From: the human T2T-CHM13v2.0 reference genome, Homo sapiens
Strand: one strand, 5' to 3'
Assembly: GCF_009914755.1 (NCBI RefSeq)
Contig: NC_060932.1
DNA length: 64,000 bases
Shown here: positions 16,941-42,678 of the stretch, piece by piece
Numbering within the stretch: position 1 is the stretch's first letter
Layout of the letters: the number at the start of each line of letters is the position of its first letter
Program-made: the position numbers and the translations under genes
The notes under the pieces: generated by a model
Told to the model about the DNA's origin: nothing
Database searches by the model: none
Seen by the model: the letters and a program-made list of their open reading frames with translations, nothing else

Positions 16941-17485
16941 GTTGATAAGGCTGAATATTTACTTATATCTTTATGGGCTTTCATGTTTTGTCTTGTTAAA
17001 ACACCTGTTTCTATTGGCCTATTTATTTAAATTAAGCTCTTTTTTTCTTTGTAACTCATGCAGAGTTGCTCTTCATGTATCATAAATACTAACCCTTTAC
17101 TAGTTAAATGTATTGCCAATATCTTCTCCCAGAATGCAGCTTGTATTTTCAATGCCTCCTCATGTCATTTAAAAAATAATCCTTAAAAAGTTATTTTGGA
17201 CATGTGAAAATCTTTACATTATTAATGTATATAACTTGGTGAGTTCAGAGATTAGCATATATCCATGGCACAATCACTATAATCTATGCCATAAGCCTAT
17301 CTGTCACCTCCAAAAGTTTCCTCCTGACCTCTTATTTAGTAGTATTATTTTTGTGATGACTTCATATAAGATCTACCGTTTTAGCAAAATTTTAAGCATA
17401 CAATATAGTATTGTTTCTATGGGCACTATGCTGTACAGGAGATCTCTAGGACTTATTTATCTTGTATGGACAACATTTTGTACCT

Positions 17486-17844
17486 GTATTAGTCCATTTT
17501 CATGCTGCTAATAAAGAAATACCTTTATTGTCTCCAAATAAAGGAAAGAGGTTTATTTGACTCACAGTTCCACATGCCTGGGGAGGCCTCAGAATCACGG
17601 CAGAAGGCAAAGAGGAGCAAGTCATATCCTACATGGTGGCAAGCAAGAGAGTGTGTGCAGGGGAACTCCTCTTTATAAAACCATCAGATCTCGTGAGACT
17701 TATTCACTATCACGAGAATAGCATGGAAAAGACCTGTCCCTATGATTCAGTTACCTCCCACTGGGGCCCTCATATGACATGTGGGAATTGTGGGAGCTAT
17801 AATTCAAGATGAGATTTGTGTGCGGACACAGCCAAACCGTATCA
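17486..17844 (-). mobile_element. THE1 solo LTR
   Basis: tgtattagtccatttt ... ggacacagccaaaccgtatca; 5-bp TSD gtacc. Confidence 0.88.
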
Positions 17845-17951
17845 GTACCCTTTGACTAACACCTTTCCATTTCCCCTTCTCCCAGCCTTTGGCAACCACC
17901 ATTCTACTCACCTTCTATAAATCGGATTGTTTTAGATTCATCATATAAATG

Positions 17952-20397
17952 TGATATGGTTTGGATGTCCTGCCCAAATCTCATGTTGAATTGTAATCCC
18001 CAGTGCCGGAGGTGGGACCTGTGGGAAGTGTTTAGATCATGGGGCCAGATCCCTCACGGCATGGTGCTTTTTGTGATAGTGAGTTCTCATGATATCTGGT
18101 CATGTAAAACTGTGTTGCACACCCTCCCCCCTTTCTTTCCCTCTCGCTATTGCTTTCACTATATGAGATCCCTACTCCCCCTTTGCCTTCTGCCATTATT
18201 GTAAGCCTCATAAGGCCTCCCCAGAAGCTGCTGCAGGTGCTATGCTTCCTCTACAGCCTGCAGAACCATGAGCCAACTAAACCTCTTTTCTTATAAATTA
18301 CCTAGTCTCAGGCATTTCCTTATAGCAACGCAAAAATGGCCTGATACATAAAATTGGTATCAAGGAGTGAGGCATTGATATAAAGATACCATACCTGAAA
18401 TTCTGGAAGCGACTTTGGAATTGGGTAATAAGCAGAGGTTGGAAGAGTTTGGAGGGTTCAGAAAAAGACAGGAAGATGAGGGAAAGTTTACAACTTCTTA
18501 TAGATTGGTTAAATGGTTGTGACCAAAATGCTCGATAGTGATAAGGACAGTAAAGTCCATGCTGATGAGGTCTCAGATGGAAATAAGGAATTTATTGGGA
18601 ACTGGAGCAAAGGTCATGCATGTTGTGCCTTAGCAAAGAACTTGGCTGTATTCTGTTCATGCCCTAGGGATCTGTGGAATTTTGAACTAAAGGATGATGA
18701 TTTAGGATATCTGGGGGAAGAAATTTCTAAGCAACAAAGTATTCAAAATGTGGTCTGGCTGCTTCTTACAGCCTATGCTCAGATGCAGGAGCATAGAAAT
18801 GATTTAAAGTTGGAATTTAAATTTTAAAAGGGAAGCACAGTGTAGAAGTTTGGAAAATTTGCAGCCTGGACATGTGGCACAGAAAGAAAAAGCTTTTTCT
18901 CAGGAGAGAAATTCAAGCAGGCTGTGAAGTAACCGCTTGCTAGAGAAATTTACCAAGAGAAAGGGAGCCAAGTGCTAATAGCCAAGATAATGCAGAAAAG
19001 GCCTTGAAGGCATTTCAGAGACTTTCATGGCAGTCCCTCCCATCACAGGCCTAGAAACCAAGGAGCAAAGAATGGTTTCATAGGCCAGGCCCAGGGTCCC
19101 ACTTCCCTGCTCAGTCTGAAGACACTGTTCCCCACATTCCCACTGTTCTGGCTCCAGCCTTGGTTCAAAGGAGCCCAAATATAGCTCAGGCCATAGCTCC
19201 AGGGGGTGCAAGCTCTAAGCCTTGGCAGCTTCCACATAGTATTAAACTTGTAGGTGCACAGAATGCAATAATAAAAGAGATATGGCAGCCTCTGCCTACA
19301 TTTCAAAGGATGTATGGAAAAGCCTGGGCGCCCAGGCAGAAGTCTGCTGCAGGGGCAGAGCCCTCACAGAGAGCTTTCTACTAGGGCAGTGCCAAGGGGA
19401 AACATGAGGCTGAAGCCTCCACAGAGTGTCCAGTGGGGCACTACCTAGTGGAGCTCTTAGAAAGGGGTTACTGTCCTCTAGACCCCAGAGCGGTAGAGCC
19501 ACTGGAAGCTTATACCCTGCACCTGGAAAATCCACAGGTACTCAACAAACCATGAGAGCAGCTGTGGAGGCTGAACCCTGCAAACCACAGGGGCAGAGCT
19601 TCCCAAGGCCTTAGGAGTCCACCCCTTTCATCGGTGTGCCCTAGATGTGGGATATGGAGTCAAAATAGATTATTGTGGAGCTTTAAGATTTATTGAGTCT
19701 CCTGCTGGGTATAGAACTTGCATGGGGCCTGTACTCCCTTTCTTTTGACTAGTTTCTCCTTTTTGGAATGGAAATGTTGACCCAGTGCCGATATTTCCAT
19801 TGTATCTTGGAAGTAAATGACTTGTCTTTGATTTTACAGTCTCATAGGTAAAATGGACTTGCTTTGTCTCAGATGAGACTTTGGACTTTTGAGTTAATGC
19901 TGAAATGAGTTAAGACTTTGGGGGACTATTGGGATGGCATGATTCTATTTTGCAATGAATGTGAGAAGGACATTTGGGAGGGGCCAGGGAAGAAATAATA
20001 TAGTTTGGATGCCCTGCCCACATCTCATGTTGAATTGTAATCTCCATTGCTGGAGGTGGGACCTGGTGGGAGGTGCTTAGATCACAGGTTGGATCCCTCG
20101 TGGCTTGGTGCTGTCTTCATGACACTGTGTTCTTGTGAGATATGGTCATTTAACAGTGTGTGGTACTTCCCCCAACTTTCTCTCCTTTTTGCTCCTGCTT
20201 TCACCATATGAGATGCCTGCTCTCCCTTTCCTTCTGCCATGACTGTAAGCTTCCTGAGGCCTCCCTAGAAGCCAAGCAGATGCCCGCACCATGCTTCCTG
20301 TATAGCCCATAGAACTGTGAGTCAATTAAACTTCTTTTCTTATGAATTACCCAGTCTCGGGCATTTCTTTATAGCCATGCAAAAACAGCCTAATACA
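17952..20397 (+). mobile_element. Full-length MST (MaLR) element: LTR-internal-LTR
   Basis: Paired LTRs at ~17952-18349 and ~19997-20397; internal MaLR ORF remnant EVSDGNKEFIGNWSKGHACCALAKNL. Confidence 0.88.
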
Positions 20398-21790
<1,393 letters not shown>

Positions 21791-21797
21791 ATCTCCC

Positions 21798-22086
21798 AGC
21801 TTCTTTAAAGGAACTTGTGCTTTTTTTCTCTCAGTGAATGGAATTGTTTTTCAGAGAGAAAAAACTGTAATCAGGTGTTTGGAACATACTTTCGAAGGAT
21901 GTTTCTTACCTTTGTTTTTAAGACCTAATTTTGATGGGTTTCCATATATACATTTAAAAGCTAAATCTAAAAATGCTTCTTTGGAGATGCATTATGTACT
22001 ATTTTCTTTCAATGAATAGAACTATCTCCCAAGGAGAACTCTCTAAGCAAGTGTTTAAAACATGCTTTTGAGGGATGTTTCTTACC
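21798..22086. repeat. Fragment (~1.6 copies) of a diverged ~177-bp tandem repeat
   Basis: gcttcttt...tttctc/ttca.tgaat.gaa...gtgttt..aacat.cttt.ga.ggatgtttcttacc occurs at ~21798-21910 and again at ~21975-22086. Confidence 0.7.
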
Positions 22087-24752
22087 ATTGTTTTGTAGGT
22101 CTCAATCTTAACTTCCAGTTTAATGGAATCTTTGTTGTGTCTGCTGGTGGCAGCATTCCTTCCTCTGGAACTAAGACCTCTAGGCCAGCAGAACCTAATG
22201 TGGGAGCAAGATGCAAAAATTTTGCTAGTGGATCACCAGGGGTGATGGTGAGTGGTGCCACTTCCATTTCCACCCCTCGATTCCTGTACCTGTGAATCCT
22301 GGCTATGGGAGAAACAGTATCATATATTGGATGCTGATTCAGAGCTCACATGACCTTCTGGAGAACTTTGCCCCAGCCCTACAAAATATTGTCACCTAGT
22401 GGGCATTGTAATTGTGACTTCAAAAGGCCATTTCACTGTTCTATTAACCCAGCTGCTTCAGGATGATGGGGAACATAGTAAGACCAGTGAATTTTATGAG
22501 CATAAGCCCCTGCTACACTTCTTTAGCCATAAAATCAGTGCCTTGGTCAGAGGCAATGCTGTGTGTAATACCATGACAGTGGACAAGGCATTCCATGAGT
22601 CCACAGATGTCAATCTTGACAGAAGCACTGCGTGCAGGATAAGGAAACCCATATCCAAAGTAAGCTTCTATTCCAGTGAGGACAAACCTCTGCCCTTTCC
22701 ATGGTGGAAGAGGTTCAGTATAATCAATGTGCCACCAGGTAGCTGGCTGATTACCTTGAGGAATGGTGCCATATCGAGGGCTCAGTGTTAGTCTCTGCTG
22801 CTGGCAAACTGGGCACTCAGCAATGGCTGTAGCCAGGTCAGCCTTGGTGAGTGGAAGTCCATGTTGCTGAGCCCATGCATAACCTCCATCCCTGCCACTG
22901 TGGCCACTTTGTTCATGGGCCCATTGGATGATGACAGGGGTGGCTGGGAAAAGAGGTTGAGCGGTGTCCACAGAACAGGTCATTGTATCCACTTGATTAC
23001 AATCTTTCTCTGCTGAGGTCACCCATTAGTGAGCACTCACATGGGATGCAAATATCTTCACAGTTTTTGGCAACTCAGAGAGGTACATCCACATACCTTT
23101 TCCCCACATTTCTTTGTCACCAATTTTCCAATCATGTTTCTTCCAAGTCCCTGAACACCCAGCCAAGCCATTGGCTACAGCCCATGAGTCAGTATATAAT
23201 CATACACTTGGCCATTGCTCCTTCCACGCAAAGTGCACAACCAGGTGCACGGCTCAAAGTTCTGCCCACTGGGAAGATTTCCCTTCACTGCTGTCCTTCA
23301 GGGATATCCTAGAAAGTGACTGCAGTGCTGCAACTGTCCACTCTCGGGTGGTGCCTGCATATCGTGCAGAACCATTTGTGAACCAGGCCCTAGTCTTCTC
23401 TTCCTCTGTCAACTGATCACAGGGAACTCCCCATGAGGCCATCGGTGCAGGCTGGGGGAGAGGGGGCAGGGTGGCAGGAGGGGAGACCATGGGCACCACT
23501 TGATGAGGAGTGGAGTCACTTCCTCGTGTAACTTACTTGTGCCTTCGGGACCTTCTCGAGCCCGATCACATATATACCACTTCCATTTGATGATGGAATG
23601 CTGCTGTGCATGACCCACTTTATGGCTAGATGGGTCAGAAAGCACACAGTTCATGATAGGCAATTCAGGTCGCACGGTGACTTGATGACCCATAGTCAAA
23701 TGTTCAGTTTCCACCAAGTAACAGGCCAAGAGCTGTCTCTCAAAAGGAGATAGTTATCTGCAGAAGATGGCAGGGCCCTGCTCCAAAATCCAAGAGGCCT
23801 CTGCTGTGATTCACCTATGTGGGCCTGCCAAAGGCTCCAAACAGCATTCCTATCTGCCCCTTACACCTCAAGCACCATTGGATCTGCTGGGTTATATGAC
23901 CCAAGTGGCAGAGCAGCTTGCACAATAGCCTGGACCTGTTGCAGAGCCTTCTTCTGATCTGCCCCACTCAAAACTGGCAGCCTTTCAGGTCACTCAATAA
24001 ATGGGCCAGAGTCACACACCCAAATGAGGACAGTGTTGCCTCTAACCCACTAAGCATTGTGCCTCTTTCTTGGTTGTAAGAAGGGCCAAATGCAGCAACT
24101 TATCCTTCACCTCAGAAGGAATATCTTGACAGGTCCCATACAACTGGACCCCCAGAAATTTTACTGAGGTAGAAGATCCCTGAATTTTAGCTGGATTTAT
24201 TTCCCATCCTCTAGCACACAAATGTCTCACCAATAAGTCCAGTGTGTTTGCTACTTCTTGCTCACTGGATGCAATCAGCATAATGTCATCAATGTAATGG
24301 ACCAGTGTGATATCTTGTGGAAGCAAAACGTGATCAAGTTCTCTTCAAATAAGATTACGACACAAAGCCGGAAAGTTGATATACCCCTGAGGTAAGACAG
24401 CCAAGGTATATTGCTGGCCTTGCCAGCTGAAGGCAAATTGCTTCTGGTGGGCCTTATGGACAGGAATGGAGAAAAAGGCATTTGCCAAGTCAATGGCTGC
24501 GTACAAGGTACAAGGATATGCATTAATTCGCTCAAGCAATGAAACCGCATCTGGTACAGCAGCTGCAATTGGAGTAACCCCTTGATTAAGCTTACAATAA
24601 TCTACTGCCATTTTCCAAGATCCATCTGTCTTCTGCACAGGCCAAATAGGAGAGTTGAACGGAGATGTGGTGGGAACCACCACCCCCGCATCTTTTAAAT
24701 CCTTGATGGTGGCACTAATCTCCACAATCCCTTCAGGGATGTGATATTGTTT
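22087..24752 (-). mobile_element. HERV-L (ERV-L) pol/dUTPase relic, frameshifted
   Basis: RT motifs SPFNSPIWPVQKTDGSW, AIDLANAFFSIP and YIDD; RNase H AWFTNGSA; integrase H-x3-H...CPVC and WHIDY; dUTPase-like PEEGMLPPADTTKIPLNWKL. Confidence 0.92.
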
Positions 24753-25246
24753 TGGTACCAGTAGAGTGGGGCACTGCTGAAAAGATCCCCAAAAATGTGG
24801 CAGTGACTTTGGAACTGGGTAACAGGCAGAAGTTGGAACAGTTTGGAGGGCTCAGAAGAAGCCAAGAAAATGTGGGAAAGTTTGGAACTCCCTGGAGACT
24901 TGCTGAATGGCTTTGACCAAAATGCTGATAATGATATGGACAATGAAATCCAGGCCGAGGTGTTCTCAGATGGAGATGAAGAACTTGTTGGGAACTGGAG
25001 CAAAGGTGACTCTTGTTATGTTTTAGCAAAGAGACTGATGGCATTTTGCCCCTGCCCTAGAGACTTGTGAAACTTTAAACTTGAGAGAGATGATTTAGGG
25101 TATCTGGCAGAAGAAATTTCCAGGCAACAAAGCATTCAAGCGGTGACTTGGGTGCTGTTAAAGGTATTCAGTTTCAAAAGGGAAACAGAGCATAAAAGTT
25201 TGGAAAATTTGCAGCCTGACAATGCAATAGAAAAGAAAATCTCATT

Positions 25247-25247
<1 letters not shown>
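24751..25247 (+). mobile_element. THE1-internal 5' fragment without LTR
   Basis: ttggtaccagtagagtggggc...; ORF EVFSDGDEELVGNWSKGDSCYVLAKRL. Confidence 0.85.
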
Positions 25248-30180
<4,933 letters not shown>

Positions 30181-30216
30181 ACAGAATTTGAAAAACGTAT
30201 GCAAATCAAATTTCAT

Positions 30217-30420
30217 CTTTTGTTTTTTGAGACAGGGTCGGTCTTGCTCTGTTGCCCAGGCTGGAGTGTGTGGCATGATTATAGCCCACTGCAGCGTCCA
30301 CTTTCTGGGCTCAAGCAATCCTCCCACCTCAGCCTCCCAGGTGGCTGAGACTACAGGAGTGTGCCACCACGCCTGGCTAATTTTTGTAGAGATGAGGTTT
30401 TGCTATGTTGCCCAGGCTGG
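30217..30420 (-). mobile_element. AluJ, partial
   Basis: Alu body with J diagnostics (gggctcaagcaatcctccc). Confidence 0.85.
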
Positions 30421-31377
30421 ATATTTCATCTTTAACTTGTGAGGCTTTTGTTGTTTTCTCAGCAGATCAAATATTTATTTGCTGATTCCCCCTACAGGCA
30501 CATTGAGTTGCCCAAAGATTAGACTGGGTCGCCCATGAGGTCTCAGTCATATTCTTCATTAGAAATTGTTTTTTTTTTTTTTTGGCCTCTAACAGAGAAA
30601 TGTGGGAGGAATGAGTTCCTAAATTGAATGTCAAAGTTCTTAGGTAACCCCTATACCCCCAATTCCCAAAAATAGTGTCTTGACAGCTGATGCATTAGAA
30701 GTTACAGTGTTTATTTTGTTTTCTTTCTTCCTTGTTTTCCCTTGAATATAGATGCCTAATGGTTCAGATGACACTTGGTCCCCCAAATTGTACAACACAC
30801 ATGAATCTAGTTCATGTTGTTTCATTGAAACACATGCTCAAAACTCTGTCCTGTGTATCATACACTCACCAAAGACAGACATGTAAAAGATATTTCTTAG
30901 AGTGGCCGTTGCAAATAGTAATCATGGTTTTGTTATTTCAATGGAATGCTATGTTCACCTTTCTTCACCTTTCTGTTCTGTATGTTATAAACTCTCCAAA
31001 CACAAAGGTATAAAATAAGTTTCTAAGCATGTTACTTGTGGGTATGAATCAAGACAGTGTTGTTTCAATAAAATACTGTGTTGACTCTGCTGCCTGTTTC
31101 ACACTGTCGAAATACACATGTATAAAAGATATTTCTAAGAATGCTAATTGGAGGAATACATTTTTTAGACATTAATATTTTATACAGCCCTTCCCATTGA
31201 TTTTTGCACCCCCCGCCCAGCCATCCATCCCAACCAGAATATTGCCCCTGACAGCGACAAAAGAAGACAGTACCTGATGGGGGGGCTTTGGTAGATGGGA
31301 CATCTACTCTACCAAAGGGTGGTCAAAGTAGGTTTGGCAGGAGAAGAAGGCACTTCCATGGTTTGACAGTCACCTGA

Positions 31378-33735
<2,358 letters not shown>

Positions 33736-34580
33736 TAAGGTTTCCTTTTACATGAACCAATCAAGACACCGTTCTTTCTGTATAATACTGGGTTCACCAC
33801 TCTGCTGTATGATATACACTCCCTAAAGAGACATGAGCAAAAGACGTTTATAAGAATGTTGGCTCCCGAATGAGTCAAGATAGTGTCACTTGTGTGAATC
33901 ACTCTCTTTAGCACTCAGAGGTGCATGTTATATGTTCTGTAAACAGACATGTTTAAAATATATTTCTAACAGTGTTTAGTAACACTACTCTAAAATCAGG
34001 ATAGTTTTATTCCTGTTACTTGTATAAATGAATCAGATAAATCAAGATAGTGTTATTTGTGTGAAACACAATGTTTACCACCTGTGATGTATGTTTTACA
34101 TGCACATATTAAAAATACATGTTTTTCTGTAAAGAAACATGTATAACATATGTTTGTAAGAATTCTTTTTCCTTAATGAATCAGGATACTGTTCTGTGTA
34201 ATACTGAGGACATTCTGTGCTTAGAGAGAGAGATATATAAAAGTTGTTTCTAAGATTGCTAGTTATGTGAACGAATCAGGATAGTGGTATTTTCGTGAAA
34301 CCCTACATTCACCGATTTGTACTTCAAATGTAAAAGATGATTGTAAGAAGGCTACTGGCCTGAATGAATCAGATTAGTCTCATTTCCTAGAATTGCTATG
34401 TCCAGCACCCTGAGTTGCATGTTATTCCTTCTTTAAAAAGATGTTTATAAGAATGCTTGCTCTGTGGATGAATGAGGACAGGGTTATTTCTGTGAAACAC
34501 TGTGTTCAACACATCAGTGCTGCAGACCCCGCCTCCAACACTGGGGATTATAATTCGACATGAGATTTGGTGGAGACACT

Positions 34581-35507
34581 GATATGGTTTGGCTCTGTGT
34601 CCCCACCGAAATCTCATCTCGATTTATAATCCCCATATGTCAAGGGAGGATCCTGGTGGGAGGTGATTCAGTCATGAGGATTGTTTCTGCCATGCTGTTC
34701 TTGTGACAGAGTTCTCACGAGATCAGGCTGATAAGTGGCACCTCTCCCTTCTCACTCTCTCTCCTGCCACCACGTAAGACATGCCTTGCTTTACCTTCAC
34801 CTTCCGCCGTGATTGTAAGTTTCCTGAGACCTCTAGAGCCATACAGAACTGTGTGTCCATTAAGCCTCCTTTCTTTTCTTTTTTTTAAGCCAATGAAACC
34901 ATTTTATTACTGTTAATCAGTTACTTAGAAATCACTTTTACCAGAGTTTAGATTACTAACACCTTAGGAAGACCATTCTCTCCTTTTTCATTATTATTTC
35001 TCAAAAGAGAGAATGTTTCTGGTATTCCAGAAATGAATATGTTGAGAAAATCTTTCCATTATCAGTATCATTTAAACAATGTTGAAGTCTGGGGAAAAAT
35101 AAATTTTTTCCAAGGCTACACACATATCTATTCTTTGAATACAGGAAACTGAATGTGCAAATCCAGACAGTTGCAGAATTTTCACTGAGAGTCTAAGAAG
35201 GGATGAGTGTGTTATTGTGAATGGACTCTATAGACAGTATTAATTCCTTCACTTTCAGGCACCATCTCTCAGTGTGAAATCTCAGAGTCCCAGAAATCCA
35301 GTGCTGTTTCTTTGGGCTTTGTTCCTTGCTTCTTTCTTGCTTTTTTTTTTTTTTTTTAATTATTATACTTTAAATTCTGGGATACACGTACAGAACGTGC
35401 AGGTTTGTTACAAAGGTATACACAGGCCATGGTGTAAACCTCCTTTCTTTTTAAATTACTCAGTCTCAGGTAGTATCTTTATAGCAGTGTAAGAATGGAC
35501 TAATACA
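34581..35507 (+). mobile_element. THE1D/MSTA-type LTR (TSD gacac/gacat), inserted in an MST LTR remnant and interrupted by an L1 transduction
   Basis: tgatatggtttggctctgtgtcccc ... aatggactaataca. Confidence 0.82.
34874..35434 (-). mobile_element. 5'-truncated L1PA 3' end with ~450-bp 3' transduction
   Basis: TSD taa(g/a)cctcctttc at 34861 and 35435; two T-tails; minus-strand AATAAA at 34908-34903. Confidence 0.85.
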
Positions 35508-36309
35508 GACATAGATCCAAAGCATATCAAGCACTCTGTGCTATATGCCCTCTAAAAGCCATGTATAAAAGCTATTTCTAAGAGCGCTAGTGGCATGAAT
35601 GAATCAAGATAGTGTTACTGTGGTATTTCTTTGAACACATTGTCCACCACTCTGCCCTACATGTTATAGACTCTCTATATACATAGCGTGAATATGATTT
35701 TAAAAGCTCTTCTTACCTGAATAAATTAGGATAATGTTTCTTCTGTCTATCCTTGGGTTCACCAGTCTATGCAGCATGTTACATGCTCTCCAAAGAGACA
35801 CGTACGTACAAAATATAAGAAAACTTGTGTGAATGAATCACAATTGTGTTTTTAGTGAATTGCTTTGTTCAGCAGTCTATACCATAGGTTATCCAATATC
35901 TATTGAGTCATTTAAAAGATTTTTCAAAGTGTTCTGTTTGCATTAATGAATGAGGATAATCTGTGAAGCACTCTGTTCAGCACGCTGTTCTGCACATTAT
36001 ATTCTCTCCATAGACATAAGTGTGAATGATGATTCTAAGAGCTCTTTTTCCCGGAGTCAGTCAGAATATACTGTTTTGTCTGCCTAACACTGGGTTTCCT
36101 AGTCTGTGCTGCATTTATACACTCTTGTTAAAAAAAATGTTTCTAAAGCTGCTGATTGCATGAAAGAATTAAGGTAGTTATATATGTGAAACACTGTGTT
36201 CAGCACCTGCCACATGTCACACACGCTTTAAAGACACATATATAAGCATATTTCTAACAATGCTATTTGCTTAAATTAATGAGGATAATATTATTTCTGC
36301 AAAACACCA

Positions 36310-39039
<2,730 letters not shown>

Positions 39040-39165
39040 CACTGTATTTCCATCTGTTGTGCCTGTTATGTACTCTAAAGAGACATGCATAAATCACGTT
39101 TATGAGAATGCTTGCTGTGGGGACCAAACATGAATCAAGTGTTTTGATGTGACACACTCTGTTCA

Positions 39166-39818
<653 letters not shown>

Positions 39819-40274
39819 TGATGGCATTTCTAAGAGCGCTAGTTGTATGAATGAATCAGTACCGTGAAGTGTCTGGAAGACTCTTTGCTACATGTGATAC
39901 ATTCTCTAAACAAACATGTTTAAAAGATGTTTCTAAGATTTCTACTTACCTGAATGAATCAGATACTGTAATGTGTTTGAACCACTGTGTTCACCACTCC
40001 GTGCTGCCTGCTATACATTCTTTAAAGAGCCATGTGTTCAGTATTTTCTAAAGTACTCATTTTAAGTAAATCAGGGCCATTTTACATCTGAAATACTGTA
40101 TTCGATAATCTGTGCTTCATGTTATATATGCGAGGGCACATGTATGAAAGACACTTAGAGTGCCGGTGGTAGGAATGGATTAGTATGCTGGTATTACTGT
40201 GAAGCACGGCATTCAGTATTCCATGCTGCAGGCTATACATTCGCAACAGATAGATGCGTAAAAATATTTTGAAG

Positions 40275-40380
40275 ATGTAACAAACCTGCACGTTGTGCAC
40301 ATGTACCCTAAAACTTAAAGTATAATAATAATAAAATTTAAAAAAAGACACTAGTGGATAAACTGCGGAGATCCCAAAAA
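40275..40380 (+). mobile_element. Young L1PA extreme 3' end plus ~29-bp extra segment
   Basis: aacctgcacgttgtgcacatgtaccctaaaacttaaagtataat; TSD aaaaatattttgaag. Confidence 0.85.
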
Positions 40381-40400
40381 AAAAATATTTTGAAGTGTAC

Positions 40401-40470
40401 TGTGCTAGGCCATTTTGGCACTACTATAAAGAAATACCTGACGCTGGGTAATTTATAAAGCAAAGAGAGT

Positions 40471-40503
<33 letters not shown>

Positions 40504-41053
40504 CTTTTGAGACAGAGTCTTGTTCTGTCGCCCAGGCTGGAGTTCAGTGGCTCAATCTCTGCTCACTGCAAACTCTGCCTCCTAAGTTCCAGTGAATCTT
40601 CTGCCTCAACCTCCCAAGTAGTTAGGATTACAGGCGTGCGCCACCATGCCCAGCTAGTTTTTATATTTTTAGTAGAGACGGGGTTTCGCCAGGCAAAGAG
40701 GTTTAACAGGCTCACGGTTCTGCAGGCTGTGCAAGCATGGCACTAACATCTATTCAGTTTCTGGTGAGGGGCCTCAGGAAGCTTACAGTCATGGCCAGAG
40801 ATGAAGGGGGAACAGCACATCCCAAGGTGAGGGTGGGAGCAGGAGAGAGAGGGAGAAGGGGCCAGGCTCTTTTAAACAACCAGATCTCATGTGACCGCAA
40901 CACAAGGACTCAGTCATTTATCATGAGGATAGCACCAAGCCACTCATGAGGCATCTGCCCCCGTGACCCAGACACTCCCCATCAGGCCCGACCTCCAACA
41001 TTGGGGATCCCATTTCAACATGAGATTTGGAGGAGACAAATATCCAAACCATA
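40401..41053 (-). mobile_element. MSTB-type LTR with truncated Alu (40470-40692)
   Basis: tgtgctaggccattttgg ... gacaaatatccaaaccata. Confidence 0.8.
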
Positions 41054-41134
41054 AGAAATATAGTTATGTGACTGAATCAGAAGAATTTTATTTCATAGAA
41101 TCATGCATTCAGCACTCTTCTGCCCATTACACAC

Positions 41135-41445
41135 TTTTTTTTTTTTTTTTTTTGAGATGGATTCTGTCTCTGTTGCTCAGGCTGGAGTGCAGTGGTGACG
41201 TCTTGGTTCACTGCAAACTCTGCCTCCCAGGTTCAAGCAATTCTCCTGCCTCAGTCTCCTGAGTAGCTGGGACTATAGGTGCCCGCCGCCATACCACGCC
41301 TGGCTAATTTTTTATTTTTATTTTTAGTAGAGACAGGGTTTCACCATGTTGGCCAGGCTGGTCTCGAACTCCTGATCTCAGGTGACCCGCCCGCCTTGGC
41401 CTCCCAAAGTGCTAGGATTACAGGTGTGAGCCACCATGCCTGGCC
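41135..41445 (-). mobile_element. AluS
   Basis: TSD ccatta(c/t)acac. Confidence 0.9.
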
Positions 41446-42234
41446 CCATTATACACTTTTTAAGGAGCTGTGTAAATGTGTTTCTAAGAGTGTCAATTGA
41501 ATAAATAAATAAGTCCCATGTTACTTAACGAAGCATTTTGTTCCGTTCCCTGTGCCGCATGTTTTACACTCTCCAAAGACACATGTGTAAAGGAATTTCT
41601 AACAGGTCAACTTGTGTGCATGAATCAGTTTTATTTCTATGAAGCACTGAGTTCAGCACTCGCTGCACGGTATGCATTCTTTATGACACACGTGTAAAAG
41701 ATGTTGCTAAGACTGCTATTTGTGTGCATAAACCAGCATAACGTTGTTTCTGTAAACCTCATTGTTCAGGACTATTGCTGAACGTTCTACACTTCATAAC
41801 ATTTTATGGGTAAAAGATGTTTCTAAGCGTGCTGGTTGTGTGAATGAATCAATATACTGTCATATCTATGAAACACTATTCGCAGCATTCTGAACTGTAT
41901 TGTATAATCTCTGTAAAGAGACACATGTAAATTGTGTTTTGTTAAGAGATAATTGTGTAATGAACCAATGTTATTTTCATGAAACCATATGTACTGCTCT
42001 CTCTGTGCCATGTTATACACTGGAAATACAAATACATAAATGACATTTGTAACAATCTTATGTGGCTCAATAAATCAGTATAGTGTAATTTCTATGGCCT
42101 ACATTGTATGTAAATATGCTTGTAGTAGCTCTGGTTGGGTGAATGAATAAGGATAGTGTTATTTCGATGAAACATTGTTCAGCACTTTATTGTTTATTGT
42201 ACACTCTAAATACAACTGTATAAAAGATATTTAA

Positions 42235-42678
42235 CGTGGCCTTAAACTGCACGAGCACACTTACATGTGGATTTTCTTCTGTCTCTGCCACCCCTAGACA
42301 GCAAGACCCCCCGCAAGACAGCAAGACCCAACTCTCTTCTTTCTCTTCCTCCTCATCCTACTCAACATGAAGATGACAAGGATGAAGACCTTCATGATGG
42401 TCCACTTCACTTAATGAATAGTAAATAGTAAATTTTCTCTTCCTCATGATGTTTGAAATAATATTTTCTTTTCTCTAGCTTATTTTATTGTAACAATACA
42501 GTATACTATACACACACAAAATATGTGTTAATCAACTGTTTATGTTATTGGTAAGGCTTATGGTTAACAGTGGGCTCTTAATAGCTACACTGTGGTGGAG
42601 TCAAAAGTTATATACAGGGTCTCGACTGTCTGGGGGTTTGGTGCCCCTAATCTCTGCATTGTTCAAGGGACAACCACA
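42235..42678 (+). mobile_element. Tigger2a/MER28-type DNA transposon
   Basis: ctcaacatgaagatgacaaggatgaagacc... and TIR remnant ttgttcaagggacaac. Confidence 0.75.

Noticed and set aside
22082-24725. Domesticated, intact pol/integrase gene
   Set aside because: Split over many frames by stops and frameshifts; no LTRs or gag.
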